Below, one piece after another: positions 45,932 through 58,725 of a stretch of 64,000 nucleotides of DNA; position 1 is the first letter of the stretch, and each line of letters starts with the position of its first letter. A program made the translations under genes and the position numbers. The stretch covers positions 1 through 64,000 of the forward strand of contig CBFFRP010000070.1 of the NCBI GenBank assembly GCA_965644295.1, read 5' to 3'. Below the pieces are notes generated by a model that searched no databases, was not told the origin of the DNA, and worked only from the letters and a program-made list of their open reading frames with translations. Source of the stretch: Paraphysomonas bandaiensis. Its lineage: Eukaryota; Protista; Chrysophyceae.

Positions 45932-48395
45932 AAGGCCACCAAAGCATCCTGGACATATGCTAAATACATCGCTATATATAGACAAACTACTCGCGCAGGC
46001 CGCTAGGAAAATACTCCGTCTCCCCCATGGATATCCCACGGATCTTATCTACCTTCCCCCGAAATACAAAGGGCTTGGACTGCGCAAATTTTCAACCCAT
46101 GCCCAGACTCAGAAATGGCATACACTTTATACAAATGCCTCGCCACCACAGCTCGTAAACAGCGCCAATAAAATGGAAGCGCTCGCACCCCGAACGTAGA
46201 ACACATGATCAAAGCAACTGGACCTACACTGACCACGGCATTTATATAGCTGACGCCGCCGCCAGCGGCGATTGGAAGACACTAGACAGAGTGCTCGGAG
46301 CCTCCAACTACAGTGTTGTCACAACTGACGCTACGCACATACTGGATGAATTCTTAACCACGGGTCAATGGCACTGGCGAAGATACGATACACATCTCCT
46401 CACAGACCCGGTCCCATGCTAGGAGACGTCACAGATCTCCACCACCAGTGGGACCTCCATCAATACACCCTCCGACGAGATAGCATGTATGCTGCACAAA
46501 CGCAGCGAGACCCGCAGTATTGGACACGCAGCGGAACAAGGCTCTCACACAAGCTCCATCCCCTCCGTACCCATAACTTCTCCAAACACTACATACATCA
46601 CCCTCGAAGAGCGTATACGCGAGACGGCATACGTATGGGACAAATCCTTCGCAATGGGAAGAAACCGAGCCAAAGGAAAATCTGGACATGATCGCACAAC
46701 GGCTTTCACATGCACAGATTGTGCACACCCCACAGACAACATGGCGCACATGCTTCTCACCTGCACTCACCCTCACATCATTCATATACGTGAAGATGTC
46801 CACCAAGCATACCACAATAAGCTTGACAAACTTCGCACACGCACGCTCCTCCATCCCTCTGGTTTTACACCGCCATAACCAAACTAGCCAAAGCCGCATG
46901 GAACCCAACCACCCCCCAGGTTGAGCGCTACTGGACCGGCCACATTACTGCCACACAATTGGCCGACGCATTCGGACGCCACATATCCAGCTCACTGCTC
47001 GAACATCAGTTCCACACCCTCGAAAAATCCATCGCCTCTATCCTACTCCCCCTATATGATGGAGGGCTCCGCATGCTTCGCAAAAGAGAATTCAGACACC
47101 ACAACGCAGACACGGCACCGGCGACATCGGTTACGACACATTCACAGCAACGCCAGTCCCAGGATACTTACCCGACACCAAAAATACTCCAGCTACTCCA
47201 GGCGACATCCACCCCAAGAACTACACTCTCTGCAAGAGTCCAGACCCGGCAGAGGCAAGCGCAACCACTCCGGAAACAACTCCTCCTTACTTGTGGCCGA
47301 AACCAAACCTCAACAACCAGCACCATCTCCACCACCGACTTACACTCTCATATACATCTCGCCTCATCCACCCCTCACATAATCCATGGCACAGGCCCGC
47401 CAGACACATTGCCCAAAGGTAGACCCCCCGACTAACCTCAATACAAGGGACGGTTGCACCATGGTGCTCGCAGCGATGCACAAGCAGTCCCGAGACGGTT
47501 GCCCGCCACTAGTAGTATATAGCAAATCTAGTTATTACTGTAGTTAGTCTATAGATATAAACTAGTTTCTGTACACAACCGTTCTCATGTAATAATCAGA
47601 CTTTCCTATATAAACTTGTCATGACTCGAATGAAGTAATTACTGTAAATATAATTTATTTCTACATATAAAGTATAGAGTATAATTACATATAGAGTATA
47701 ATATATATATATATTAACTGCACATATCCGCATATTTAGACTTCAACAGAGAACTCAAAAATTAATGGTAATACCCGATAGACTGATATACCACCACAAC
47801 CTCAATAGTAGAGTCATATACATCCTTCAAGAAGATCTTTCAACTGTACCAATGAGGTAAATTTGAGCTGTATCTTGCAACTCCCCCTTTTATTCTTCCT
47901 CCATAGAAACAATAAATATGAATAACTATATCTGCAGTATAGCACTACAGGTATAGTTTATATACCTCATACCTGTGCTAAAGTGCGCAATGATATATAT
48001 TTTGACATTGGTAGACCGAGACATTTCTTAGTAGTAGCATCATTTTTCTACTACCAATGATTTAATTCTCTTCTTATTGAAGAGTTTAGAACTTGAGATT
48101 AAATATTTTCGTCAACTTGCACCTAATTCTTCACGATTCTATATACCCAGCATCTTTTCGCTGAAAAATAATTTAATTACAAGTCTGCCCACCTACTCAC
48201 AAATATAATGACGTAAAATATCACTACGAAATCTACACTACCATTAACTGCATACCCATTATATTTAATTCAGTCATATTCATTCTTACACGGCGTTAAA
48301 ATATTGCGCATCGCTTCGTTTCAGTATTCAATACCTAGATGTTAATACGATCGGGTGGGTGGTGGTGGGCAGTGTGCAGCACTCTGGGCAGCGCC

Positions 48396-49677
48396 TTAAT
48401 GCGCTTCCGTAACAGCAGCGGCAACATAGCTTACAGAGGAATCTCTCATTGAGGTTGCTGCTGAGGATTGGGAGTATTTTAATCCTCTATGTTAACGGAT
48501 AAGATAAACATAAGTGGAAGTAATTTCGCGTTTTACCTCGTCTGAAATGACGTGTCGGACTGCTGAATGAGATCCAACATCAGCTTAATAGCATCTCTTC
48601 CGCATATAGTGTTCTTGGTGTTGTTGATGTAATCAACAAACCCCTTGACATCATGAGCTTCAATCAAAGCAACAGCGGACTTATCTAGCCACTCAATATA
48701 TTCGTGAATGCGACCCTATAGACAAAGTATAACTATGTACATGCGGTAAATAATTTCCAACAAACCTTCTCGGGGTCATAGGGCTGGTAGTTAAATCTAT
48801 GACCCCAGTGGCAAAAATCACTGCGAGCAGATTAAAGATAATCAACGCATAGTTTATTTCTATAGTGTATCACGAAACATACCTGGATATGACGAATAGG
48901 TTGGTGGGGTCTTTGAAATATGGCATGAAGATCTGGGCGTAATCATGAGGACTTCTAGATATTAGACTACCTAATCATCTTTCATCGTGAGACACATAGT
49001 CGATATAAACAAACAAGACATATCGTACAGGTATTGATCGGTACGACTGTAATCCCCTCCCTCCTCCCAAATATTTGGGCAATGTAAGGAAGCTGCATTT
49101 CCAGGCTATGCTCCTCTTCATCGTCACGTTTACTCATTACATCGAAAGCACCCGTACGAAGAAGGTCACTATAGCCCGCATGACTTTCAGAAGAACAAAT
49201 CAGATCAAACGCACCTCCTTACAGCCTCGTCCACTGTTAAGTTACCAACAGGGGTCTCCAGCACACTCGCTCCAGATATACAGAGGCGTTTAAGATAAAC
49301 GTGATGAGAGGGACCAAAGATAAACACTCGACTATAAGGAAATGTCAACTATCACAACTACAGAAGACGATCAGTCTGTCCTCTGCTGCCATGTACATGT
49401 ATGTGTATATGTATGTGTGTGTGTATATGTATGTATGTGTGTGTATACTGTACCTGTATTTCTCCGGATCGATCTGCTTATACGCATATGCGGCCGTCTC
49501 TCCTGCATAACTATACCCTGCATGAGGAACGACAAGTGCCTTAAGCCTCCCCCCCGTGTCTCTCTCTCCCGCCATCGTCAGCCAATTAGAGAGCTGAGAG
49601 CTCAGAGCTGTCTGTCGACCCTCATACCAGGAACCCGCATGAGAGGCCTCACGAGTATAGGGACGATGTGAGCGCAT
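48396..49677 (-). CDS. MEMO1: MEMO1-family protein, multi-exon
   Basis: R.ASHAGSWY, VVPHAGYSY.G.TAAYAY, EHSLEMQLP, SSDFCHWG.RF.Y, NTICGR, YSQSS..DSSVSY. Confidence 0.92.
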
Positions 49678-49938
49678 GTCTAATATGTCTTATAGTTATA
49701 TGGGTAGATTATTCACTAGTTAATTATGCTGTAGTGTGTATATAGAGAGACAGAGGGGTCTTCATGTTCCGTTGAAAATTTTGTCCTAGAATAAAAGGGA
49801 TTTTTTTAGTTTGTTGATAGTTGACACACATACCAGATAGAGGTTCAACAAAATCGTCCACTATAATAGGACAAAATTACAATTTTTTTGTAAGAAATTT
49901 CTGTCAGGATCAGAGAATAATATACATACAAATACTCT

Positions 49939-50106
49939 GCATACATACATACATACATACATACATACATACATACATACATACATACATACATACATAC
50001 ATACATACATACATACATACATACATACATACATACATACATACATACATACATACATACATACATACATACATACATACATACATACATACATACATAC
50101 ATACAT

Positions 50107-50139
<33 letters not shown>

Positions 50140-50290
50140 TACACACATACATACATACATACATACATACATACATACATACATACATACATACATACAT
50201 ACATACATACATACATACATACATACATACATACATACATACATACATACATACATACATACATACATACATACATACATACATACACAC
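49939..50290. repeat. (CATA)n microsatellite, ~350 bp
   Basis: Directly visible. Confidence 0.98.
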
Positions 50291-50396
50291 TCTCTCTATA
50301 TATATGTATAGTACACATCCATTAACTCATAGTCTTAACTCCCAATCCATGCAACCCTCCATCCACTCTTAATCCCTTACACTCCTCTTCCACACC

Positions 50397-53300
50397 ATGG
50401 ATCTCTTCGAAGAATGGCGCATGGATGAGTCCGAATCAGTTGCAGTCTCCGCCCCCGTTCATCAGGTGACCCCTCAAGATATTTTTATGTTCCTACAGTG
50501 TATACACGCATATCTCCACAGCTCATATATACACCCTCCTCCTCCTCCTCCTCCTCATCTCTCTCAGCAGGAACAAGAGCAGGAGCAGGATATATTCTCT
50601 ATCCGTCACTTAGACTGGAGTGTGAAGGCTCCCTCCAAGGCGAAGAAACACACTCGCACCATAACTAAAGTGAGGCTCGTCTATAGGCTCGTGCTGTCTA
50701 GATGTATATAGCAGCATGCTTGTATGTATGCTGACATGATATGTAACGATATGGCCATGTGGTGATGTGGTTACATGAGCAGGTCGCGGTGAACAACAAC
50801 GTGTTTGTGCTGGGAACCTCGGATGGTGTTATTCTTCGGTGGAATATCGAGGCAGGAGGAGACGCTGAAGAAATAGAATTATCCAAGAAAGTGGAAGTAA
50901 GGCTCCCTCATCGTATACATAGTGTCTAAGCGCTATATATAGGACAATATTCACGATATATTTATTGACTGCACTGCACACCATGTGATCGTATCTCTCA
51001 AGAACGGAGATGCATATTACCTCCACAGTAGAAGTAGTAAGGCGAGAAAGCTTTCTAAACTCAATGGCTCTGTGGAATGTGTTGCCTTCGATAGAACTCG
51101 AGTAAGCACCAATACTTCCTTTATATATTTTATTTCATCGCCACCTCCAGGCAACAGAGGCAAGCACGAAAAGCTTGTTGGTGGGCACGTCAACTGGTCG
51201 AGTATATGAATTGGTTATCGAAAGCTCTGGCAAAGAGAGAGTCTGTCAGCTCGTTCACCAGCTTGAAAATCCCCACCCTATTGCATCTATATACTTTGAA
51301 AGTTATGCTATACACAGTACAGCACAGCCTCCCGGCTCGACAGGGGCACAAGAAGATGGTTAGACTACAAATGGAAAATCACTGACATCTCTAATACCTT
51401 GTTGTCCATTTTAGAGGGAGGAAATAGAATCTTTGTGATTCTCTCCACTTCGTCGCCGACGAGACTGTACCACTTTATAGGGGGCCCTTCTTTTCAACAG
51501 CTTTTTCAAGACTATAAAACCACAGGTAGAACCCCTATTTATGTTTATCTTAGCGTTTGTGCGAAGTTGTTGATATAGATTGTAGGGTCATCCAGCTTTA
51601 CAGAGCTTCCAGGAACCATCGATTGTGCTTCCCTTCATTGTTACAGTAAACGCCATCCAGAGTTGGTACAGGCGTATGCATTGGTAACGCAAATGGGCCT
51701 CTATCATGGATCTATTTTGCTGTCTACGTCAGCCCCCCAGACCAGGTGAGTAGCATCACAACTATTAGTTGTGTACTGAAATGCAGCGTATACTATGTCG
51801 TTGCTGAACTTTTGCTACAGTGCGGACAATGTTCTCATGGAAGCTGGTTTGATGCCTTACATTCCTCCTCAAGGCGTATCTAGTCGTATGTTGCCAACGT
51901 CAGTTGTGGTCACTGAGTTTCATTTTCTCTTACTTTACCCACATGCCATGGTGTGCCTCAGCAGAATCACAGGTAGGTGTAAAATGCATGAAGCTAATTG
52001 TGGAGTAGAATACGCCATATGTATATGTGTTTGCAGTTGTTTTGAAGTAGCGTGTTTTGCTCCTATAGTTTCTTCTCGTCCTTGGCGATTATTTAACAAC
52101 GTCGTTATTCCATTCAGGGGAGGTGCAGCAGGAGGACAATCTCCTTTTGGTGCTTTCCAGTGGTGTTGGTCTGGGTGAGGATAGTGGGGAGCCCGTTTCT
52201 CTCATAAAAGACCCCGTGAAGAATGCGCTCTGGCTGGTGACAACCACGTCTATATTTCAGGTATGAACTTATCTTGAGGTTGTTGTGCTTTCTGGCAATT
52301 GTTTAGCTTCTTGCGGGTTTTGCCGTACCATATTTCCAGTTATTGACCGTGATATAGATAACTACAAAATCTGAGAACAGAAACGTGTGGTCGATGTACC
52401 TAGCTAAAGCGGTACAGGGTGGTGACCCTCGATTATTTGACACTGCTCATCAGTTCTGTAGGAAAGAGGTAACGATTCCTATCCCTAATATATACTTATA
52501 CCCATTGTTCTGCCTTGTCGTTTTGTAATATTGGAATGTATAGGAGCAACGACGAAGTGTTCATAGGGCACAAGCAGCGTACTATCTTAGCAAGGGAAAT
52601 CCAGAGAGAGCGGCCACCCACTTTGCCGTAACAGGAATACCATTCGAAGAGGTGCCATGATCCACATGCGCATACATTCAAACTGTTCGCTTATACCACT
52701 TAAATGTTATCTCATTGTGTTTGGATTCATGCAGGTCGTCCTTCTTCTACTCTCGTCAAAAGGCACAGCGTCAGCTCCAGTAATGCCCCACCTCTCAATT
52801 GACCAATCGCCATCCAGTTTTTCACTTTTGCTGGATATTGGGGAAATCGAAGTGTCTGATAGTACGGCCGTGTCTCTTCGAGTATATCTTCAGGAGAAAC
52901 TCCGTATGCTACCTGCGGGCTCTAAAAGTCAACGTACAATGATTGCCACGTGGTTATGTGAAGTCTATTTACACACCCTAGCTGTTGATCGTGATCGTGA
53001 GGGAGGGGTCGCTGGAGAGTCGAAAACAGGTCGTATGTTCAAAGACTTTCTACGGAACAACAGGTGATATCATTTTCGTGTATTGCATGCACCACACATA
53101 CTATACATACTTGTAGTGGAGTATTTCGTATGTTAATCGCTTCCGCCAACCTGTAAATATTTGACTTTTTCAAAACATAGAGGTACTCTCGACACTGCGA
53201 CCACTATCTCCCTTTTGGTATCCCGTGGACGCGATTTTCGGCCACTGCTACTGTTTTATTGCCGAATAGTTGGTGATTATGAGCGAGTGTTGAGTCACTA

Positions 53301-54929
53301 CGTTAGCGAAGGACTATACGCGGATGCAGTTTCAGTACTACAAGACTCTCCGATTGAAAAGGTAAATTTGCACTCTCATTGTAAGTTCTGCATGACATAC
53401 ATTTTGTAGGTGGAAGGTTTACTGTATAAAAAAGCACCCGTCCTTATGGAACATCATCCTGAGCTGACTGCCCGCCTTCTGTTATCGAAGCCATATCTCA
53501 GGCCGACTAGCCTACTTCCTGCGTTATTCAGGTATTCGGAAGTGCTGGATCGGCAGTACGCTCGTCTTGAGAGCAGACGCAAGGCCATGTCCCATCTTGA
53601 CCAGAAAAGCTTCGTGAGTCCTCTTGGGGAGCCGAGAACCAGCAATGAAGAACCAATTATGCAAGTTGCTGATGCTGAAGAGGAAATTGTTTTGCTGGAT
53701 GAGGACAGCGATGGGAACAAAAAGAATTTTGCAATATGGTACCTTGAAGAGACATTAAAGGCTGCTGCTGCGGATGGGGGAATATATATTGAACCTCCAG
53801 TGTATCACGCACTGATATGGTTTCTCGCCAAATATGACGATGACTCAGAAGAGGGCCTTTTGAATGTGATATGCCCATTGGTAGATGGTACGTATGGCGA
53901 TGAAGGAGTCATAATGGACAAAGATGGAATGGACTTAGCATTGGCTTTGAGAGTCTGCCGTCGATATAGCAGGACACGAGCGTGTGTATATCTCTATGTG
54001 TTGCTTGGAGCGATGGAGAAAGCAGTAGCTTTGGCTCTCGATGTTGATGTAGATCTCGCGAAATCAATCGCAGCGCGCCCTGTGGAGTATGGCATCGCCA
54101 AAAAGCTTTGGCTGGAGATTGTGCAACATATCATAGCAGTATGTCCAGATAACGATATGGGCAGAGTGTTGGGTGTTCTCAAAGAGAGCGGAGGTGTTTT
54201 GAGAATTGAGGTGAATAGCTTCGGCAACCAAATTTTGAGTGCCTAACATGGTTGTCGTGCAGGATATCTTGGAACACCTTCCGGACTTTACTGAGATAGA
54301 TCAGTTCAAGGATGAAATTTATGGAACACTTGAAGATTATGCGGGACGAGTGGAGGCAATGAGAGAAGAAATGGAAGAATTGTCGTCAGCAGCCGAAATG
54401 ATAGAGACGGTGTGTTGTGTTTGTATTTTATACTACGCTTTTCACAAAGTTTGTTTTGTAGGAGCTTACCTCTGTCACTACTCGAGGATATGGTGTCAGG
54501 GCTGGTCAGGTGTGCGAAATATGTGAGGATCCTATTCTAGGTCGACAGAGGCAATTTTACCTTTTTCCCTGTGGCCATGGGTTCCATGAAGACTGCCTGC
54601 TGAAGAAGTCACCCGAGTATTTAGACAGTGATACTGATGTAAGGATCCAGTAAATTCGTGCCACCGCCTAGTATAGCGAATATCTAATTTGTATTGTTTT
54701 TTCGCAGGTGAAACTAGCTTTATCCCTGGAAGAGCAAATTAAAGGTGTGGCTGCTCGAGCTAAGGATAACGACAAACGGTCTCTAGCCCAACTAGAGCAG
54801 TTACAAGCCGAATTGGATGGCCTTATCGCAGCTGACTGTCCACTGTGCGGAGATAGCATGATTCGGTCTGTGGGGAGGTCCTTAATCTCATCCGGTGATG
54901 CACTGGAAGCGAAGTCCTGGGAACTGTGA
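50397..54929 (+). CDS. VPS18: Vacuolar protein sorting 18 (Pep3), multi-exon
   Basis: TEFHFLLLY (Pep3 domain), QRTMIATWLCEVYL, KKLWLEI, LRIEDIL..LPDF..IDQFKDEI, RING C..C..FYLFPCGHGFH..C / DCPLCG. Confidence 0.92.
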
Positions 54930-56077
54930 GTATCTCTTATAAGCATGAAAACCGTGACATATTTGGACTGACTACGATGTGGAAGAGAATGCTAGTATGT
55001 GCTTTGTTGTTTCTGCCTATTCAGCTGTCGTGATTCCAATGCTTAGATGTATTAAGTGTTGAGTAGTGACTGCATTAAAAAATATGTCACATTTACGTTC
55101 GTTAGTTTGGGTGACCCTTTTCGTTAGTTTTTATGATTTCTATTAGAAGTAAGCTACGTGTAGGCAGAATGTATTGTCAATCCCTCTACCTATCACCCAG
55201 CAATACGTGGCGGTCGTACGCAAAACGTATATTAATCGGTATATTAAGCCGAAGAAAACAATACGTATGTAGTATATAGCTGCTATCATAAATAACTAAA
55301 GGAGTGCTGACTATATATGCTGACGGTTGCACACGAACTGGTGATAATGATTGAAAACTGTCCGCGGCGGATCTAACAAAGAATATAATGACCATGGTGT
55401 GTAAATGGCTTGTATGGTGAATGGTGAACGCATATAACTTGTTACAGGTAAAATAGTCACAAGTAGCTATATATTATACATTTGCTGCCAACGTAGATTG
55501 CTCAACTGTTATTTCATCTCAGATACGACGATATATTAATTCGATCCTTTTACTTCCGGGTAAGTGAGGATTTGTTTCCAACTTAAATCTTCATGGCCGT
55601 CCTTTCGAAACAGTGTTATGAGTAATAGCAGTAAAACCATGAACAATATATAACCGGTCTAAAATTATGAAGAGGTCGAGAGAGATCTCCTCCCCACTTT
55701 TTGTATTAAATTGCAGGTTTTGAAATAAGTTATCATTATAGTTATCACTAATATTAGAAATACTGCATACAATAAAACGAAACAGTACCAGCATGAACCT
55801 ACATCACGCCCAAACATGGTTACATTAACCTACTAAGACAGATAGCTACTACCAACTACTGCATTAACACATTCGCAACACAAGAACCTCACAGCAGATA
55901 ACCTCACCACACTACCTGTGACGTATATATGCGCGTGACTTGTCTCACACATATTAATTGTATGAAACAAACGATGTCATGCTTATATACACACAGGAAT
56001 AGACTGATAGTTCATTCTCACGTTTACCAGGGTGGATGGAGTTGTATTTGCGTTATTGAAGAGAGTAGATGTTGAAG

Positions 56078-58725
56078 TTACATAAGAATAGTCTGTTTCT
56101 CGCAGGCTTCACCGTAAAATCCAGTAAAACACCGACATATGCCGCTTTTGTAATCGCATATTCCGCGGCCGGAACAGTCTCTGCCTTGTTCATTGCCATA
56201 ACCTTGCAGTGGGTCCGCCATAGATGGGCATTCCTACAGTCGCATAAGGGTGGACAACTCAATCGACAGATTCATACCTGTTCACTACAGTCAGGTCCCC
56301 TCCAACCATAGTCACACAGACACCCCCATATCTTATACGCATCCCATGGGGTGTCATACACACGCCCTGCCCTTGCTGCTAAGTACTTCTCGGGTAAGCA
56401 CTCACCTCTGTCGTTGCAGTCCTAGAAAAAACCATAAGCAAAAACGCTTTTATTTCCAAGTGAAAACAACACAAGAAGTAGACTAACACACGGGTTACTT
56501 ATACTAAGCATTACATGACCATGCTAGACAATCTGGCCTGTAGCTAGATATAGTGCAACATACATTTGGACATTCACTTCGTTGACATGACAGTCCGCTG
56601 TAGCCTTCGAAACAGTGGCACTCGCTGCAAAGCAATATCATTATATCTATTTGAAGCACAGAAATAAAGCACATACCCAGTCGTCCTGTCGCAGATTCCT
56701 TTGTTTGAGCACTCCACCCACGGCCGTGCATCATTGGAACCCACAACTTTTTCCGCTACCCAGGCAAAGTTTCTAATCACAATCAATTACGATCAATACA
56801 TTAATAACAGGAAAATGGTCATATCATCACAAACTGATAAAAAGATGTATTCTTATGTTCGAAAATGCAGAGGATAACGTAGCAAAAACCTACTTTGGGC
56901 AGGTATGTAACGAACAATCTGCCCCGGTCCACTCATCCTCTCCGTCCAAACCAGGGTTACACTTACACCTATACGCATCATTTAGTAAACACAGGTGTGC
57001 ATATTTCAGTACGATACGCATAACAACAACCACAACAAACACGTAGAATGTTTCTCAGTTACCTGTCACTAAGTCCACTACATTCCCCATGGCCACTACA
57101 AAGGTTTTCGCACATGCCGGCTCTTCTCCACCTTTACACAACGTATAACACATGATACATTGCACTTACGAACGCACCACAGCACACACAAATATGAATA
57201 CAAGCAGATAATACTTATAATATATACGTTCTCCACAACAGAACAGGTCCCATAGTTACCTTCGACGGTGGGTCCACACAGTATGATGGTAATCCTCTGG
57301 TAGGTACGACGGTGCCGACGAAGGAATTGACGTAGGCTGCCCAGTCGGCTGACCAGTCGGTTGCCCAGTAGGTTGCCCAGTAGGTTGACCGGTGGGTTGC
57401 CCAGTAGGCTGACCAGTGGGCTGTCCAGTCGGCTGCCCAGTGGGCTGCCCAGTGGGCTGACTTGTAGGCTGACCAGTAGGTTGACCAGTTGGCTGCCCAG
57501 TCGGCTGACCAGTTGGAATGCACGTCGGTTGGCCAGTGGGTTGGCCGGTGGGTTGCCCAGTCGGCTGACCAGTTGGAATACATGTCGGCTGCCCAGTGGG
57601 CTGCCCAGTGGGCTGACCTGTAGGCTGACCAGTGGGTTGACCAGTTGGCTGCCCAGTCGGCTGACCAGTTGGTATGCACGTGGGTTGGCCAGTGGGTTGG
57701 CCGGTGGGTTGCCCAGTCGGCTGACCAGTTGGAATGCATGTCGGTTGACCAGTGGGCTGTCCAGTGGGCTGACCTGTAGGCTGACCAGTTGGAATACCTG
57801 TCGGTTGACCTGTGGGTTGACCTGTGGGCTGACCAGTTGGCTGTCCGGTAGGTTGACCTGTTGGCTGTCCAGTGGGCTGTCCTGTAGGCTGACCAGTAGG
57901 TTGCCCAGTGGGCTGTCCAGTAGGTTGCCCGGTGGGTTGCCCGGTGGGTTGGCCTGTGGGCTGTCCAGTCGGCTGCCCTGTAGGTTGCCCTGTAGGTTGA
58001 CCTGTGGGTTGCCCAGTAGGTTGGCCAGTAGGCGACGTGGGCACACTGGTTGGTTGGCCAGTGGGTTGACCCGTAGGTTGACCCGTTGGCTGTCCTGTTG
58101 GTTGCCCAGTAGGAGAGGTCGGAACACTAGTTGGTTGTCCAGTAGGTTGCCCAGTGGGTTGACCTGTGGGCTGCCCAGTTGGCTGTCCGGTCGGTTGACC
58201 AGTTGGCTGTCCAGTAGGTTGCCCGGTGGGCTGTCCGGTGGGTTGACCCGTAGGCTGTCCAGTAGGCTGACCTGTGGGCTGTCCGGTGGGCTGTCCTGTT
58301 GGTTGTCCAGTAGGAGAGGTCGGAACACTAGTTGGTTGTCCTGTAGGTTGCCCAGTGGGTTGGCCAGTGGGCTGTCCTGTTGGTTGCCCAGTAGGAGAGG
58401 TCGGAACACTAGTTGGTTGCCCTGTAGGTTGCCCGGTGGGTTGGCCAGTGGGCTGTCCTGTTGGTTGCCCAGTAGGAGAGGTCGGAACACTAGTTGGTTG
58501 TCCAGTAGGTTGTCCGGTGGGTTGCCCAGTAGGCTGTCCAGTTGGCTGCCCAGTAGGCTGTCCAGTTGGCTGCCCAGTCGGCTGACCAGTTGGCTGTCCA
58601 GTAGGTTGCCCGGTGGGCTGTCCGGTGGGTTGACCACTAGGTACACTTGTGGGAGCATTTGTAGAAGTGGAAATCATCACTACACATGCCAGAAGAAGTA
58701 CGAATAATTTAAAATGCTTAACCAT
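56078..58725 (-). CDS. Secreted protein: long (PTGQ)n stalk + EGF-like Cys-rich domain of Sig/Ocm (mastigoneme-related) type, multi-exon
   Basis: Signal peptide [16 protein letters not shown]; spliced exons give [68 protein letters not shown]. Confidence 0.82.
57325..58645 (-). repeat. Coding 12-bp tandem repeat (PTGQ units with PTSV/PTCI variants)
   Basis: Third-position-variable repeats, so conserved at protein level. Confidence 0.95.

Larger units (their letters stand above)
38612..47609 (+). mobile_element. 5'-truncated, frameshifted non-LTR retrotransposon (LINE) remnant, split by the Copia insertion
   Basis: 38612-38712 reads on into 45937 onward (KLLVLNTQILPTLLLYK|ATKASW...LIYLP..YKGLGL, RT thumb); CTDC..DNMAHMLLTC zinc knuckle at ~46710. 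Confidence 0.7.

Noticed and set aside
49821-50372. ORFs of HTYI/MYVC repeats
   Set aside because: Translation artefacts of the (CATA)n microsatellite
57325-58645. Possible CRISPR-like array
   Set aside because: No unique spacers; it is a coding tandem repeat
57096-58707. Long alternative-frame ORFs (520, 448, 174 and 103 aa)
   Set aside because: Shadows of the stop-poor PTGQ repeat; only the PTGQ frame has a signal peptide and synonymous-type variation
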